DNA of 64,000 nucleotides from Rhizophagus irregularis (Eukaryota): NCBI RefSeq assembly GCF_026210795.1, contig NC_089429.1, positions 1,488,001 to 1,552,000 of the forward strand, read 5' to 3'. Shown piece by piece: positions 40,857 to 53,953 of this stretch (position 1 is its first letter; each line of letters starts with the position of its first letter). The notes under the pieces were generated by a model. It saw only the letters and a program-made list of their open reading frames with translations, ran no database searches and was not told where the DNA came from. The position numbers and the translations under genes were made by a program.

Positions 40857-41921
40857 ATAATATACGCATATTTTATCATATTTGCAAGTATTATTACTAC
40901 GGTATTTTTATATATAATATTTATATATTTAACATGAAAATTTGTCCTTATAATTATTAAATTTTATTATTAAATTAAAAATACTATAATCAGATATAGA
41001 AAAGTTAGAAGGTACAATTTTAATAGTGATAAAAAAGATAAAAAAATAAAATTAGTAGTAATAAAAAATTAATAAAAGATGAAATTAGTAGTAATAAAAA
41101 GATGTAGTTAGTAGTAATTAAAGATGAATTAGTAGTAACAAAAGAATGAAATTATTAAAGATTAGATTAGTAGCGATAAAATTAGTAGCAATAAAAAGGA
41201 GATACAATTAGTAGTAATAAAAAGATAAAATTAGTAAAATAAAATTAGTAATGATTAAAAGAAGACAAAACTAGTAGTAATAAAAGAAAAGGATAAATAA
41301 AGACAAAAAAAAGAAAAGAAAATAAATGACTGTACCTACTTTATTAAGTATATAAACATGTCTATATTAGAAAAGTTCAAGAAGTCAAAATAAATAATTA
41401 GTAATAACTGAAAGTTAACCAATATAAAAAACTATTATAACTTCACAATTCTTCTTAAATAATAAAAATAAAACAAATAAATGTAATATCTGAAATAATA
41501 ATAACTTGAGTAAAAAAGCAATGATAAAAAGAAACAAATAAATGTAATATCTGAGATAATAATAACTTGAGTAAAAAAGTAAAAACAAAATAAAAGAAAG
41601 AGTTTGTATTTTTCAAACTTATATTATTCACGTTACAAAAACAAATGATCTGCAATCATCTATTGGCTAATTTTCACGTGGTAATCAACACTGATCAGCC
41701 AATAATTTTGTTCTTACATTATAGATTTAATTAACCCGGAAAAAGACGGTAAATAGCCTATAGTCCTATACAATAATCTATACAATAACCACAAATGTGC
41801 ATAATTTGATCAGAAATATGATTAAAAAGTTCTAAGTCCGATAATTACGATTGTTAAGATACCGCTCAACTTTAACAGTTTAACTTTTTAACTGTATAGT
41901 TGAAAGCATGATCGATAAATT

Positions 41922-42780
41922 AAACAATGACAAGAAAAGTTCGCGAATTTTCCTTGGTACTGCTTAATTTTTTTAATTTTTAAGCAGTATCAAGAAAATT
42001 CGTGAACTTTTCTTGTCATTGTTTAATCGATTGCTTTGAAAAAAACAATGGTATACTTTGAACAATCCAAGAAAAGTTCGCGCAAATTTTTCTTGCCATT
42101 GTTTAATCAATTGCTTTAAAAAAAAAAAACAATGGTATACTTTGAATAATAGCAAGAAGAAAAGTTCGAGCGAATTTTTCTTGCCATTGTTTAATCGATT
42201 GCTTTAAATAAACAATGATATACTTCGAATAATAGCAAGAAAAGTTCGCGCGAATTTTACTTGCTATTGTTTAATCAATTGCTTTAAAAAAAACAATGGT
42301 ATGCTTCGAACAATAGCAAGAAAAGTTCGAGCGAATTTTTCTTGCCATTGTTTAATCAATTGCTTTAAAAAAACAATGATATACTTTGAACAATAGCAAG
42401 AAAAGTTCGCGCGAATTTTTCTTGTCATTGTTTAATCGATTGCTTTAAAAAAAAACAATGGTATGCTTCGAACAATAGCAAGAAAAGTTCGAGCGAATTT
42501 TTCTTGCCATTGTTTAATCAATTGCTTTAAAAAAAAACAATGGTATGCTTCGAACAATAGCAAGAAAAGTTCGCGCGAATTTTTCTTGCCATTGTTTAAT
42601 CAATTGCTTTAAAAAAAAAATGCTACTTTGAACAATGGCAAGAAAAGTTCGTGCGAACTTTTCTTGCCATTGTTTAATCAATTGCTTTAAAAAAAACAAT
42701 GATATACTTTGAACAATGGCAAGAAAAGTTCGCGCGAATTTTTCTTGATACCGCTTAATCTTTAAATTAAAACCTTAGTA
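41922..42780. repeat. Hairpin array 1: ~80-bp unit with ~45-bp palindrome, ~11 centres
   Basis: AACAATGGCAAGAAAAGTTCGCGCGAATTTTTCTTGCCATTGTT plus linker TAATCAATTGCTTT(A)nCAATGGTATACTTTG. Confidence 0.95.
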
Positions 42781-42819
42781 AATTACTTTACAGAAATTTC
42801 AGTTAGAGTTACGGTTGAT

Positions 42820-43207
42820 ATAAAATCAATGTCGATTCTATATTGATCAGACGTCACCATGATGTCGTGATGAAAATCGATTCGACATCTTTAAGTTGAA
42901 CTTAAATACGTTGATTCGATGTCTATTCGTTTACTAATCGTAGTGATATCGATTCGACATCGAATAACTACGATTAGTAAACGAATAGACATCGAATAAT
43001 AACATCGCACTTACATTGTTTCAATATTAAGTTAATGTCGAAAAATGTTTATTTTTCCCGCCTTGTGTACATTAAGTAAACATCGAAATGACATCGAACA
43101 GGTGTCTATTTGACGTCACACAAACATTATGCGAATCGAGATGACATCGGACGAGCGTTGATTCGACGTCAATCAAACATTCGACATCAGGACACGATGG
43201 CTTAGTG
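42820..43207. mobile_element. CACTA right terminus with subterminal repeats
   Basis: Ends ...GGACACGATGGCTTAGTG (reverse complement CACTAAGCCATCG). It is preceded by many direct and inverted GATTCGAC/GACATCGAA motifs. Confidence 0.65.
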
Positions 43208-43335
43208 TATTTTATTCTAAAAGAAATAAAACGAAAAAAAAACCTAAAAGGAAGTTTATTGAGACTTTTTTACTCATTTCATATATACCAGCATTGTATG
43301 TAATGTGATTTTCATTTATTAATTAAGGTTTAATA

Positions 43336-45391
43336 CTAGTTATTATTACTATTATAATACACGGAATTACTATTATAATACATGGAATTATCTGGTGTAC
43401 TGACAGTAGTACTTTGACTAGTATTACGAGGTGGGTTTTCTAATAACGCCTGCGTTATTAAACTTTTATTTACAATCATAACGTTCCTTAGGTTCAATAA
43501 AACACGTATAAGGGATTTAGTGTTTGTTAAATGTGGCGATATTGGGATTTCAGCATGATCAAGATGGAAATATCGCGGTATACCACCTAGATCCTTTACC
43601 AAAACATTTAATCGCATATCTAAACCAGCAATTTGAATACCAACAACTCCAAATTCATTACCGGCCGGTCTACATAATGCGTTTATAGCACTTGTCCCGT
43701 CTATCATTTCTCTCCACAATTTTACATCATAATCATCTTTTTTTTTTCGCTACATGTAATGCGAGAGCTTTCAACATAAATCAACTCGATATCATTTGTG
43801 TCTTGCTTCATTATTCCCATAATATCGGGTTTTTTACCAATTCGTTCTCCATCGATCCCTTTATTTTTTCGAATCTTGCTTGCAATACTCTGACGTTCTG
43901 CACTGAAATTTGATAAAAATACACACTAAGTATCTGAGCCATGGTTAAAATAGTAATCACGTGACTACTTACATGCTTGTACAGATATAACCATTTGGTA
44001 GGTTCGCCAGGCTTGCACGAAGTAAAGGGACTATAACATCGGTAATATAAGTTCCTTCGCTCTGTTTATTACGGGAAGTACTTGTCGCATAAATTGGACT
44101 ACTCCATATTTCGCCACTAGGTAAAATAAATATCGGAAAATGTTATCATACAATTACTATTTATATAATGAAGTTATTATTGAAAAACTTACAGTACATC
44201 TAAAATTCGACCTGTTATTTTTAATAGATCAGAATCATCTTCTTTCCATTTATTATCGTGTTTGGCATTTTCCACGATTTTATGAGTAGACAATACTTCA
44301 AAATTTTCTAAGAAATCCTCACATTTTTTTACAACTAATTTGGGGGGAGTACATTTCATTTTATTGCATGGTTCCTGTTGTTATAATGAAAAAGAATGAG
44401 TATGAATGCAATTCATCCAATAACACTAAATTGCTTCTCACCATAAAGATTGGTTTTAATTTGCGATGTAATCCTGTTACTATATACGAGTTATCGCTTA
44501 GAACCATGTTTGCTACAGGATCTCGCCACGTAAGATCTGAAAGAACGATATTCTCAACTGTTTTCTTAAGGGCGCTATAGAGAGGCCCATCATCATCACC
44601 CAAAGGATGCTATATAGAGAATACCTTTATAAGTATTGGTACGTATGATTATAAAAAATAGAAAAACACATACTTTAAGCTTTTCATTTAACATCTCAAT
44701 ATTTTTCTTTATTTCTTCCTCCGTAGTATCTGGCGTTGATTCCTTATTCTGAAATTATGATTGATTAGATCGTGATAAGATTTTCCAATCCATATATATA
44801 TATATATTAAGAAATACTGTACCGTATCCAACACCTTGATCTTATTTAATCCTAATATGCTTTTATATCCGCTTTTCATCTACGACAGTTAATTAGCAAA
44901 TATCGATATAATATAAGTTAGTGACCACATTAATTTTATGAATATTAAATTTTGCTGCACGTGCACAATCATGTAATAGCTAAGATAGTCACGCACAGCT
45001 AGAGGAGAGCAGAAACCCTCGACATCTAAAGGATTTGTTCCTAACAACATCGCTCTTCTGGGCCGGCATCCCCCAACCTTCAGCAGTGACAACCAAAACT
45101 ACTATAACACATTACACTGCCGTAAATTCATCAGTTTGCACAATAACGAATATTAATGCGCCTATTATTACTAACCTCCGTTAAAACCTCCATCACACTT
45201 TCTTTTCGTTGGAAATCTCTTATTCTTTTTAACGATGATTTAACCGCACTTTCTACTATTTTTATAACTTCTTCATATGGAAGTAAGTCATTTCTGTTCA
45301 TTGTCTGGTATATAACGGTAGCAGAACATATAGCATCAAGAGGTCCTTCTAGTAAAAGTTTTTCAACCTTAGCTGTTACTAAACATGACAT
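43336..45391 (-). pseudogene. 8-exon PD-(D/E)XK nuclease-like (Crinkler REase-like) gene with one frameshift in an A10 run
   Basis: Spliced from MSCLVTAKVEK to QSEGTYITDVIVPLLRASL|AERQSIASK..GKKPDIMG..ELIYVESSRITCSEKK(frameshift)DDYDVKLWREMIDG. The T10 run at 43738-43747 needs 11 or 8 bases to stay in frame. All other exons are open. Confidence 0.7.
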
Positions 45392-46069
45392 TATAAAAAC
45401 TATTAGAGAAAAACGTATTGATATATAAGATATACAATATGAATACAGTAAACAATTAAAAGTCACCGAAGCTCCTTTTACTGCTCTTTTAAATGATATG
45501 TTGGGTCGAGCATAATGATATGTTGGGTCGAAGCATAAGAATATGCATAAGAATATGCCTTTTACTGCTCTTTTAAATGATATGTTGGAGCATAGCAACG
45601 CCAGAAGTTGGGGGTGATGCATGTAAGCAAATGGCTATTTTTGTTTCACAGCGCCTATATGCATTGTGGCGGAGTGGAGTGAATTGATTGATTGATTTGC
45701 TGATCGGGTTACACCAACAATAAAACATGTGATCAAAAATGCCGAGTATAAAGAACGTTAGAGCTGATTCGAAACGTAATAGTAAAATTTTCACAAAAAT
45801 ATATAGTTTTATTAAATCATTACAATAGATAGAATGTTTTTATGTTTCAAGGACGAGGCGACCTTGCATTATGCAAAAGAGAAGATAGAAAAGAGAGAAA
45901 CGAACGAAAATAACGATTGTACGATTGTACAATTCATAAATTCAAAAATTACTCGAAGGTATTCAATATAAAATAAAGTGAAATAAGGGTACAATCAATC
46001 GAGAAACTAGAGAAGAAATAGCAGATGTGGAAAATGAAACGAATACGGACATTATGGAGTTAAAAGGAT

Positions 46070-48003
46070 TTTATTTCTTTTCAATCGCAATATTGCGCTA
46101 ACAGTATCGACAATATCATGAAAAAAGGTCGTTTTTTCAACTTTAATCTTCAAAACAGCGACAATCCAAATGTCCGGAAAAGACAACAAGCACGATTTGA
46201 ACGCAAATGTAGGCAAGTTTTTCATAAGTCTGATCTTACAGCTGACGCCTCACTTGAAGATAAACTTTTAGCGTCAAAAAGAAAAGGTTTCCTATTTCAA
46301 CAATCACAAAATTTCAGAAAGCCGATTATGCATTTGAAATATAAGAAGAAATTTCAGGTTCCACTACAGCGTTACTATACTTTTCAGCTACCGTTCCTTG
46401 AATCCTCAACACTACCCGAAGTGCAACGAGAAGTACTACTATATTGCTAAATACTTCGATTCAAATGTCCATGGATCTATATTTGATCCGTCTTATGAGA
46501 TAACAAAATGGCATCATCATCGATCAAGGACAACATTATTAAATCTCCAACGGACGACAATAATTCAACACCTGTCGTCAATACTTCAGTTGCTTTTGCT
46601 GATCCCTCTGGTTCTTCTTCATCTAATACTACTTCGAAAGATGGTCAATTTCCCCTCCATCTTATCCCATTTATCCCTGATGAACCTATCTACAAGGGTG
46701 GTCTTACATATTCTAAATTATCTAAGAAAGATAAGAAAAATCTTCAACCGTTGAAAGTTGGTAGCAAACAGTAGATTATTGAAATTGAGGCCATTAAAGC
46801 CGCCACGACCAAGAAATCTAAAAAAAATCGGATAAAGCTAATACGGTTTCTAATCCCGTTCCTATCCGTTTGTTCCCGAAGAGCCCATGTATAAGGATGG
46901 CAAGCTACATTCTTCGTTATCTCATAATGAAAAGAAAACCCTTCGACCCTTACAAGACAAGTGGGTAGTAAACAGTGGGTAGTAAACAGTGGATTGCTGC
47001 AATAAGAGCTATAAAGCTACACGAGATCGCGAAACTCAACTTGCGACATGCATCGATGATTTGAAAGTTCAATGGGAAGACTACTACTGAAATCGCTCTC
47101 TATCGCGATAATTTGACTATCGCTCTTACTCATTATCAAAACGTTTGTTATGATTATCACACATACTTGAGACGACAACATTCTCCTATTGCATCATCTT
47201 CCTTACCTCCGACAAAAGGAAAAAAGAAACAAAAAGGTCGCGCTACCGACCCTGATTTCAATATCAAACAGTTACAAATTTTAGAAGAAACAATGGACGA
47301 AAGCGGTCTCCATCTTGCTCTCACAGTACGGCATAATAAACTATATGAACCGGAATATGTTACTCATCAGGCGCCTCGTCAACTTAAACGGTCAGCCACT
47401 AGGAATTTTAATTCGGACTTGCATTACAATCTCCATATGAGGAAAAGGTTTCATCATTTTACTGAAGATTCAGCCTTGGTTACTAATTTTTGTTCGAACT
47501 AATAATTTCATTTTATTAGATGCTCTCCCTCTTTTTTATATTTATAGATATATTGGTCCTCTTTTTTCACCACTTTATAGTATTGAAATTTTTCGTATTT
47601 TTATATATATAGTATTATAGTTATATAATAACTTAGGTTTTTCTTTTTTTTTCACTATTATGTGATTTGTTCTCTTTTTGTTTTTACAAATTTAACAACT
47701 TAAAATAGCGTTAACCACTCCACCTTTTACAGTATTCACAGGTGGCAACCTTATCTTATGGGTTGAAAGGAAAATACGGGTCTGCACTTGTTGTTCGATT
47801 GTTTATTTGTGCGTTTTATTACTTTTATTACCTATTCTACTTCGGTTGGGTTTTAGAATAGTTTTTATATAGTTCTAGTCAGGGCTCGATTTATTGGGCG
47901 ACGATTCTACATTGTGTGTTTTTATAATTTATTAGCTTAAAATTATCAATGTATTCTCCTGGCTTACCTTAAAATCCTTAAAATAAAATAAAATAAAATA
48001 AAC
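46070..48003 (+). mobile_element. Probable non-LTR retroelement relic (broken basic ORF, T-rich 3' region, (TAAAA)n tail)
   Basis: Fragmented + strand ORFs at 46118-47502 (RKRQQARFERKCRQVF...), with an internal duplicated motif (PI..YK.G..Y...K..L.PL), end in TAAAATAAAATAAAATAAAATAAA at ~47980-48002. No RT motif seen. Confidence 0.5.
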
Positions 48004-48415
48004 AAATTCTATATCACGTCATTTATATAAATTACCATTTATCACCATAATCAGATGGTGATGAATAACTATTTGTCACTATAAAATTTCAACTATAGCA
48101 ATGTATTTTATTATATATTAATAAAGAAATTATCTAACTGTTAAAATACAATGATTTTATTACATAATCCCATAAACCAAACATCTTGACCCTAATCCTA
48201 ACGTAATTATAATTCAACGTACTGTCCCTAAACGCAATTATAATGCCAACGCACACTGACCTTAACTATAACACAATAGATTTTTCCAAAAAAAAAATCG
48301 CCCGACAAAACCCAGTTGAAATTATTAGAATTATAAAAAAAAAAGGATCTCTAATAGATAGAGATATTCAAAAAACCAAAAAAAAACGAAAATAGAAGAA
48401 AAAAAAATGAAATCA

Positions 48416-49760
48416 CTAGTCAATCATCATTTCATCATTATCACCGTCGTCATCTTCGTTGAAGTAGTATCTCGGAGAACCAGTATCATCATGATCGCTC
48501 GCTTGAATCGATTTATATATTCTCTGAAGTTTATATTCCCTTAAATAATTCTCTTCAATTTTTTTATAATTATAAATTGTTTGTCCCTCTTCTTTGGTCA
48601 TAATGAGTCCAGTCTCAATGAGTTTGAGCCAAACTTCATACGCGGCATTACTTGTTGTAGATTTGAAAAAATTTATGTCTAAATTTGGAAAAGCGTCAAT
48701 AATTCCCCATTCACGATTTGAAAGACTAATTAACTTTTCAATTCTCTTTCCTGTTTTTATAAAAATTGATATATCTTGAGTTTTAAATTTGCTAGAACTG
48801 CTATATTCAATTATTTTTTTATTCGTTTGATTTTTAATCGTCTCTCCCCTAGCTCTAGTCTTATATAAATTACAATAAACCTCTATTTTTTGATATATCA
48901 TAAGAAAATTTACATATCCCCTAAACTTTCTTCTTCTTCTTATTTCCGTTTCGATATGCTCTTCAAGAATCTTGTCATAAACTTTTATTAAATGATTAAC
49001 TAACGTTTTTATAGTATTTTCTTTTATAATATCAAAATCTGAATCAAGCTTTAAGAGGTTTGTTTCTGAAATGATTTCAGGAAAATTTAGTTCATTCTGA
49101 AAATCAATTACTACTTTCTCTTCTTCCTCCTCTGAATAATAAACTTTTAAAAAATCCTTGTTATTTTGATTCTCAATTTCAGCTTCAAACTCCTCCTTTG
49201 TTAAAGTACTTAACTTTTCTAACAACTTTTTAATATACAATTTAACGTCAATATTGTTTGGATTCATTGTAGGAGGAATAGTTGGTAGATTATCAAAATA
49301 TAATAGGAGTTTGTGTAGATTTTTTGCCATTTCGATTGCCGGCGCGGTTAAAAATGATCTTAAATCAGTGGTTCTTGCTGTTGATGAACTTACTGAACTA
49401 GATCCCGGGGCTACATTTGCTGCTTGTAAAATTGTATTTTCTTCTTTATTGAAAAGTATTTTAAAAATTCCGAATTCTTTACTATCTAAAATTGCTTCTT
49501 GGTTTGATGATATATTAAGAGAATTTATACCAAGGCTTTCCATATTTTTATTTATATCTACAACAAATTTTACAATGTTCGATTCTAGAATTGAAACAGA
49601 AATAAACGTTTATTCTTAATAAAAATTTTATTTAATAATTATAAAAATTATATATATGATTCTACATACTATTTTGGCTTGATGTTACTTCTTGAACATT
49701 CACCTCTTGATGTTGACTTGTTGCTACTTCTTGATCGACTTCTTGATTAACATTCATCAT
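48416..49760 (-). CDS. Hypothetical protein (~420 aa, 2 exons)
   Basis: Open 375-aa ORF extended upstream by a GT-AG intron (~49587-49669) to MMNVNQEVDQEV. The C-terminal half looks like a folded basic helical domain (GETIKNQ..GKRIEKLI..WGIIDAFPNL..YEVWLKLIETG). Confidence 0.75.
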
Positions 49761-49784
49761 TTGTAAGTAAGAATGTTCGGAAGA

Positions 49785-50150
49785 AAATTTATGAAAGAGG
49801 AAAATTTATTTATGAAAGAGAAAAATTTATGAAAAAGGAAAATTTATTTATGAAAGAGGAAAATTTATGAAGGGGAAAATTTATGAAAGGGGAAAATTTA
49901 TGATAGAGGAAAATTTATATTTATGATAGAGGAAAATTTATATTTATGATAGAGGAAAATTTATGATTATGATAGAGGAAAATTTATGATTATGATGGAG
50001 GAAAATTTATGAACGAGGGAAATTTATGATTATGATAGAGGAAAATTTATGATTATGATAGAGGAAAATTTATGATTATGATAGAGGAAAATTTATGATT
50101 ATGATGGAGGAAAATTTTATGATAGAGGAAAATTTATGAAAAATTATGAA
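49785..50150. repeat. 16-23-bp minisatellite upstream of the 48416-49760 gene
   Basis: GAGGAAAATTTATGA(TTATGA)TA, about 18 copies. Confidence 0.9.
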
Positions 50151-50309
50151 AAAAGAAAATTATTTAATTATTTCCAGGAAGACAGTTTAAATAGCAAAAG
50201 AATGTATTGTATTGAGCGTATGTATTGTTCGAAAGTTGTTATTAATTTTTAATGGCACAAAGAATATATATATACATAATTTGTTTAAATCATGATGTAA
50301 TAGGTTTCC

Positions 50310-50490
50310 TTTTAAGCAGCTCCGTTTCTGGGGCGGTTTTTAAGCAGCCCCAAATTAATGGCACAAAAGAAGCAGCCCCGTTTTCTGGGCGCGGTTTTTA
50401 AGCAGCCCCAAATTAATGGCACAAAAGAAGCAGCCCCGTTTTCTGGGCGCGGTTTTTAAGCAGCCCCGTTTTCTGGGCACGGTTTCTAAT
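50310..50490. repeat. GC-rich ~58-bp tandem repeat
   Basis: AAGCAGCCCCGTTTTCTGGGCGCGGTTTTTAAGCAGCCCCAAATTAATGGCACAAAAG, about 3 copies. Confidence 0.85.
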
Positions 50491-50754
50491 TCCCCGATCC
50501 TACTGTAAACTGTATGTATAAATAAATTTCAAAAATAAATTTCACGTGATCATATAGAACCGCGGTATCTTTGGCTTACAGTAATTGGCATAACATTTGT
50601 TCTGGGTATTGATTGCAGATATTACGGAGTTTAAAGTTCATATATCAGATATTCGCAATTCCGCAATAATGCAATTAATTGTGGTATCACAGTACTGCGG
50701 ATTAATTGCGCTTTGGCTATATTTCGTTTTAAAGGGCTTCGGTTTTTGCAAAAA

Positions 50755-51830
50755 ATATACTTTGAACAATGGCAAGAAAAATTCGAGCGAATTTTTCTTG
50801 CCATTGTTTAATCAATTGCTTTAAAAAAAACAATGCTATACTTCGAACAATAGCAAGAAAAGTTCGAGCCGCGAACTTTTCTTGCCATTGTTTAATCAAT
50901 TGCTTTAAAAAAAAAATGCTACTTTGAAAAATGGCAAGAAAAGTTCGAGCGAATTTTTCTTGCCATTGTTTAATCAATTGCTTTAAAAAAAACAATAATA
51001 GACTTGAGTTAAACAATGGCAAGAAATGTTCGAGCGAATTTTTCTTGCCATTGTTTAATCAATTACTTTGAAAAAAAACAATGGTATACTTTGAACAATA
51101 GCAAGAAAAGTTCGAGCGAATTTTTCTTACCATTGTTTAATCAATTGCTTTAAATAAACAATGATATACTTTGAACAATAGCAAGAAAAGTTCGCGCGAA
51201 TTTTTCTTGCCATTATTTAATCAATTGCTTTTAAAAAAAAACAATGATATACTTTGAACAATAGCAAGAAAAGTTCGAGCGAATTTTTCTTTCCATTGTT
51301 TAATTAATTGCTTTAAAAAAAACAATAATAGACTTGAGTTAAACAATGGCAAGAAATATTCGAACTAATTTTTCTTGCCATTGTTTAATCAATTACTTTG
51401 AAAAAAAACAATGGTATACTTTGAACAATAGCAAGAAAAGTTCGAGCGAATTTTTCTTACCATTGTTTAATCAATTGCTTTAAATAAACAATGATATACT
51501 TTGAACAATAGCAAGAAAAGTTCGCGCGAATTTTTCTTGCCATTATTTAATCAATTGCTTTTAAAAAAAAACAATGATATACTTTGAACAATAGCAAGAA
51601 AGTTCGAGCGAATTTTTCTTGCCATTGTTTAATCAATTGCTTTAAAAAAAAACAATGGTATACTTCGAACAATGGCAAGAAAAGTTCGAGCGAATTTTTC
51701 TTGATACTGCTTAATTTTTAAATTAAAACATTAGTACTAAATTAGCTAATTAGAATTAAGCAGTATCAAGAAAATTCGCGAGAATATTCCTTGATACTGC
51801 TTAATCTTTAAATTAAAATCTTAATACTAA
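50755..51830. repeat. Hairpin array 2 (~13 centres) with a 330-bp higher-order duplication
   Basis: Same unit and orientation as array 1. The variant GACTTGAGTTAAACAATGGCAAGAAAT occurs at 51001 and 51331. Confidence 0.95.
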
Positions 51831-51954
51831 TTTATTAAATTTGATTTATAATTGAGCTTTAAAAATTAAACAGTATAACAGTATTATCAATCAGACTTTG
51901 AACTTAAAAATTAAACAGTATTAATGAAAATTCTTGTGAATTTTTCTTTACATC

Positions 51955-51973
51955 AGTAAATTTTTGGGTAGTG
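51955..51973. mobile_element. CACTA right terminus adjoining hairpin array 2
   Basis: ...AGTAAATTTTTGGGTAGTG is the reverse complement of CACTACCCAAAAATTTACT. Confidence 0.6.
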
Positions 51974-52199
51974 CATACTAGTGTCGAAGTATACATTATA
52001 AACATATGGGTTTAAAATGTAGTATTTAATATAAAGTTCATAAAGTTGTAAAATTTATAATAAAAATAATATAAAAAAATACCGTATCTATAGAAAATAC
52101 GCTATAACGTATGAAATTTTTTATAGAGGCTGGTGATTATTTGCGAACATTACAAATTTAAAACATTTTTTATTTTAGTTTATAAAAAAAAGTAAATGA

Positions 52200-53953
52200 T
52201 TATTTTTTCTTGGTTTTCTTTTTATTGTTCTTATTACTGGTACTAACAACCCCACTGGCACTACGATTGACCTCTTCTTTATTAACGGCCATAGGTCTTC
52301 TACGCAGGCTTCGTCCGTCTAATGTAATAAATAAGAAAAAATATTAAAAGTTATTTTATTTAAATTAATTAATTATAAAAAATTTTTTTACTTGTAATTT
52401 TACTTGTAACTTTCAATCGTTTGTTGTTTGAATCCTCTATTAATAGAAAAAAAATACATTTAATTATTTTTATTTAAATTAAAATATAATCATTTTATAA
52501 AAAAAAATTTTACTTTTCATAGGTTCTCCGGTTCATTTTTTTGCTAAATAATAAAAATCACAAACATTAATCACAAACATTAAATTAAGTCATTTCCTAT
52601 GGTTGATTTGTTACAATATAATTATACCTTGATCTTCGTCTTCAACATCATTTTCTTCATTTCTATTTCGGATTTCTTCGTTTCCTTCAATTCTGATTAT
52701 TACAGTTCTAATCTCCTCTTCTTGTTCCTTATTCCTAACTTCCTCTTCCTCTTCTTCTTGTTCCTCATTTCTAACTTCTTCCTCTTCCTCTTCTTCTTGT
52801 TCCTCATTTCTAACTTCTTCCTCTTCCTCTTCTTCTTGTTCCTCATTTCTAACTTCTTCCTCTTCCTCTACTTCTTGTTCCTCATTTCTAACTTCTTCCT
52901 CTTCTTCTTGTTCCTCATTTCTAACTTCTTCTTCTTCCTCGTCTTGATTCCTTTTCTTAAAATATCCGTTTCTATTCTTGGCTTTATGATCGCCTTTCAT
53001 TAATATAAATTAAATATAAATTAGATTTTTGATCTTTTCTTTTTTTTTTAAAAAAAAAAGAAAAAACAAATATACTCACGGACATGTTGGACGTGTTTTT
53101 TTAACAATTCATACGCAAACCAATCATTAAAGCTGAACGGTATATGTAAGTCTTTCGTTCTTAATTTAAACTAAGAAAAGGTTATTATTTCATTATATTT
53201 ATAAAAAAAAATCTATAAAACAAATAAAAATTACCTTTTCGATTATTTTGAATAAAATGTTCTTAGGAATGTCTTTATAGGCATAATTGTATTCAAGCTG
53301 ATAATCAGCGCATATGCGCATTGCAGCCTAGTTTTATTGATTATTAAAGTCTTGTTTTGTATAACCAAATTATTTATGTATATACGCACCACAGATGTCG
53401 TATACACTTCATTCGAAATATTTAACGCGTTTAACATATCAGCTTTTGAAATATACTTCTTTTTTGGCCTTTGTATAAAACTATGTGTCTTTTAATGATA
53501 TATTTAAAAAATAAATAAATAACTTAAATAATTAAATACAGTAATAATAATAAGGGCTTACAACAACAGAAGTTATGGACGACGACGGGGAGGGTCTTCG
53601 CGTACTCGCTGTGAATGATGTGGAAGGGCTTACAGCAACAGAAGTTATGGATGACGACGTGGAGGGTCTTCGCGTACTCGCTGTGAATGACGTGGAGGGT
53701 CTTCGCGTACTCGCTGTGGAGGAAGGCCTTTGGAAACTTAACGCTGTAGAAGGTCTATTATAACTTGTTATTGTTGTGGGAAACGAAAAAGTACTATCCA
53801 GAGAACTGAAAATAAATTTTTTTTTAATAAAATTTATGAAGAGTTGCATAAAAATCCTTATTTTTCATACACATACTTTATTTTTTCCAATAAAGCTTCA
53901 TTTTGTTTCTTGATAAGGTCCAATTGTTCTTGGAGATCATTATTATTGCTCAT
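52200..53953 (-). CDS. Multi-exon hypothetical protein divergent from Tnp2 (candidate CACTA accessory gene)
   Basis: Spliced: MSNNNDLQEQLDLIKKQNEALLEKIK (coiled coil)|S/T/P repeats|..KYISKADMLNALNISNEVYTTSV|AAMRICADYQLEYNYAYKDIPKNILFKIIEK|FKLRTKDLHIPFSFNDWFAYELLKKHVQHV|poly-E repeats (EEEEEVRNEEQ)n|..KKKTKKK*. Confidence 0.7.

Noticed and set aside
40068..40937. ORFs of 167, 226, 103 and 66 aa
   Set aside because: They are translations of the 54-bp tandem repeat, with several overlapping frames open and no gene context.
41735..41850. Possible left partner end for the CACTA terminus at 51973 (CCCGGAAAAA plus a weak inverted match to ~51890)
   Set aside because: It does not match CACTACCCAAAAA and no TSD was found, so it was not called.
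52599..53003. 134-aa Phe/Leu-rich + strand ORF (also 37529-37990 and 37533-37793)
   Set aside because: Antisense shadows of low-complexity exons of the minus-strand genes.
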